A stretch of 64,000 bases of DNA, taken from NCBI RefSeq assembly GCF_001194135.2, contig NC_068998.1:15817040-15881039 (forward strand), written 5' to 3'. Position numbers and translations under genes: made by a program. Below the pieces are notes generated by a model. That model saw only the letters and a program-made list of their open reading frames with translations. It was not told the origin of the DNA and made no database searches. Below, piece by piece: positions 63,859 through 64,000 of the stretch (its first letter is position 1; every line of letters begins with the position of its first letter). The DNA comes from Octopus bimaculoides. Its lineage: Eukaryota.

Positions 63859-64000
63859 CCTTCAACACGCTAAATGGCAAGAGATGGTGAAGTAGTAAAA
63901 AAATATTACCAACAATAATAATAATACTGGTGATTCTGGTATCGCTGCGACATTTGTTCCGTCGATAAAGCTTAGAGCGTTGCTGTGTTGGTTTCAATCT

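Overview
Eukaryotic genomic DNA, AT-rich and dense in microsatellites and SINEs, with N-gaps. The repeat families suggest an octopus, probably a short-read assembly (inference). The dominant feature is one cullin-4 gene on the minus strand: 22 coding exons from 63697 to 11861, with exon 11 partly lost in an N-gap. I reconstructed it by hand, and phases are consistent at every visible junction. Unusual points in the gene: (i) intron 2 is a 7.1-kb minor-spliceosome AT-AC intron; (ii) exon 1 encodes a 557-aa low-complexity extension ahead of a CUL4A-like internal Met; (iii) that 1.67-kb stretch has no AUG in any frame and follows an overlapping out-of-frame uORF, suggesting long and short CUL4 proteins from one mRNA. 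The rest is intronic or intergenic TE debris: tRNA-derived SINEs (two head-to-tail arrays), LINE-tail repeats, two mariner fossils, a pogo/Tigger fossil, hAT MITEs and Penelope-like remains (an RT fossil, a foldback micro-insertion, and a CpG-decayed hammerhead ribozyme in a CUL4 intron). I found no genuine tRNA, rRNA or CRISPR feature.
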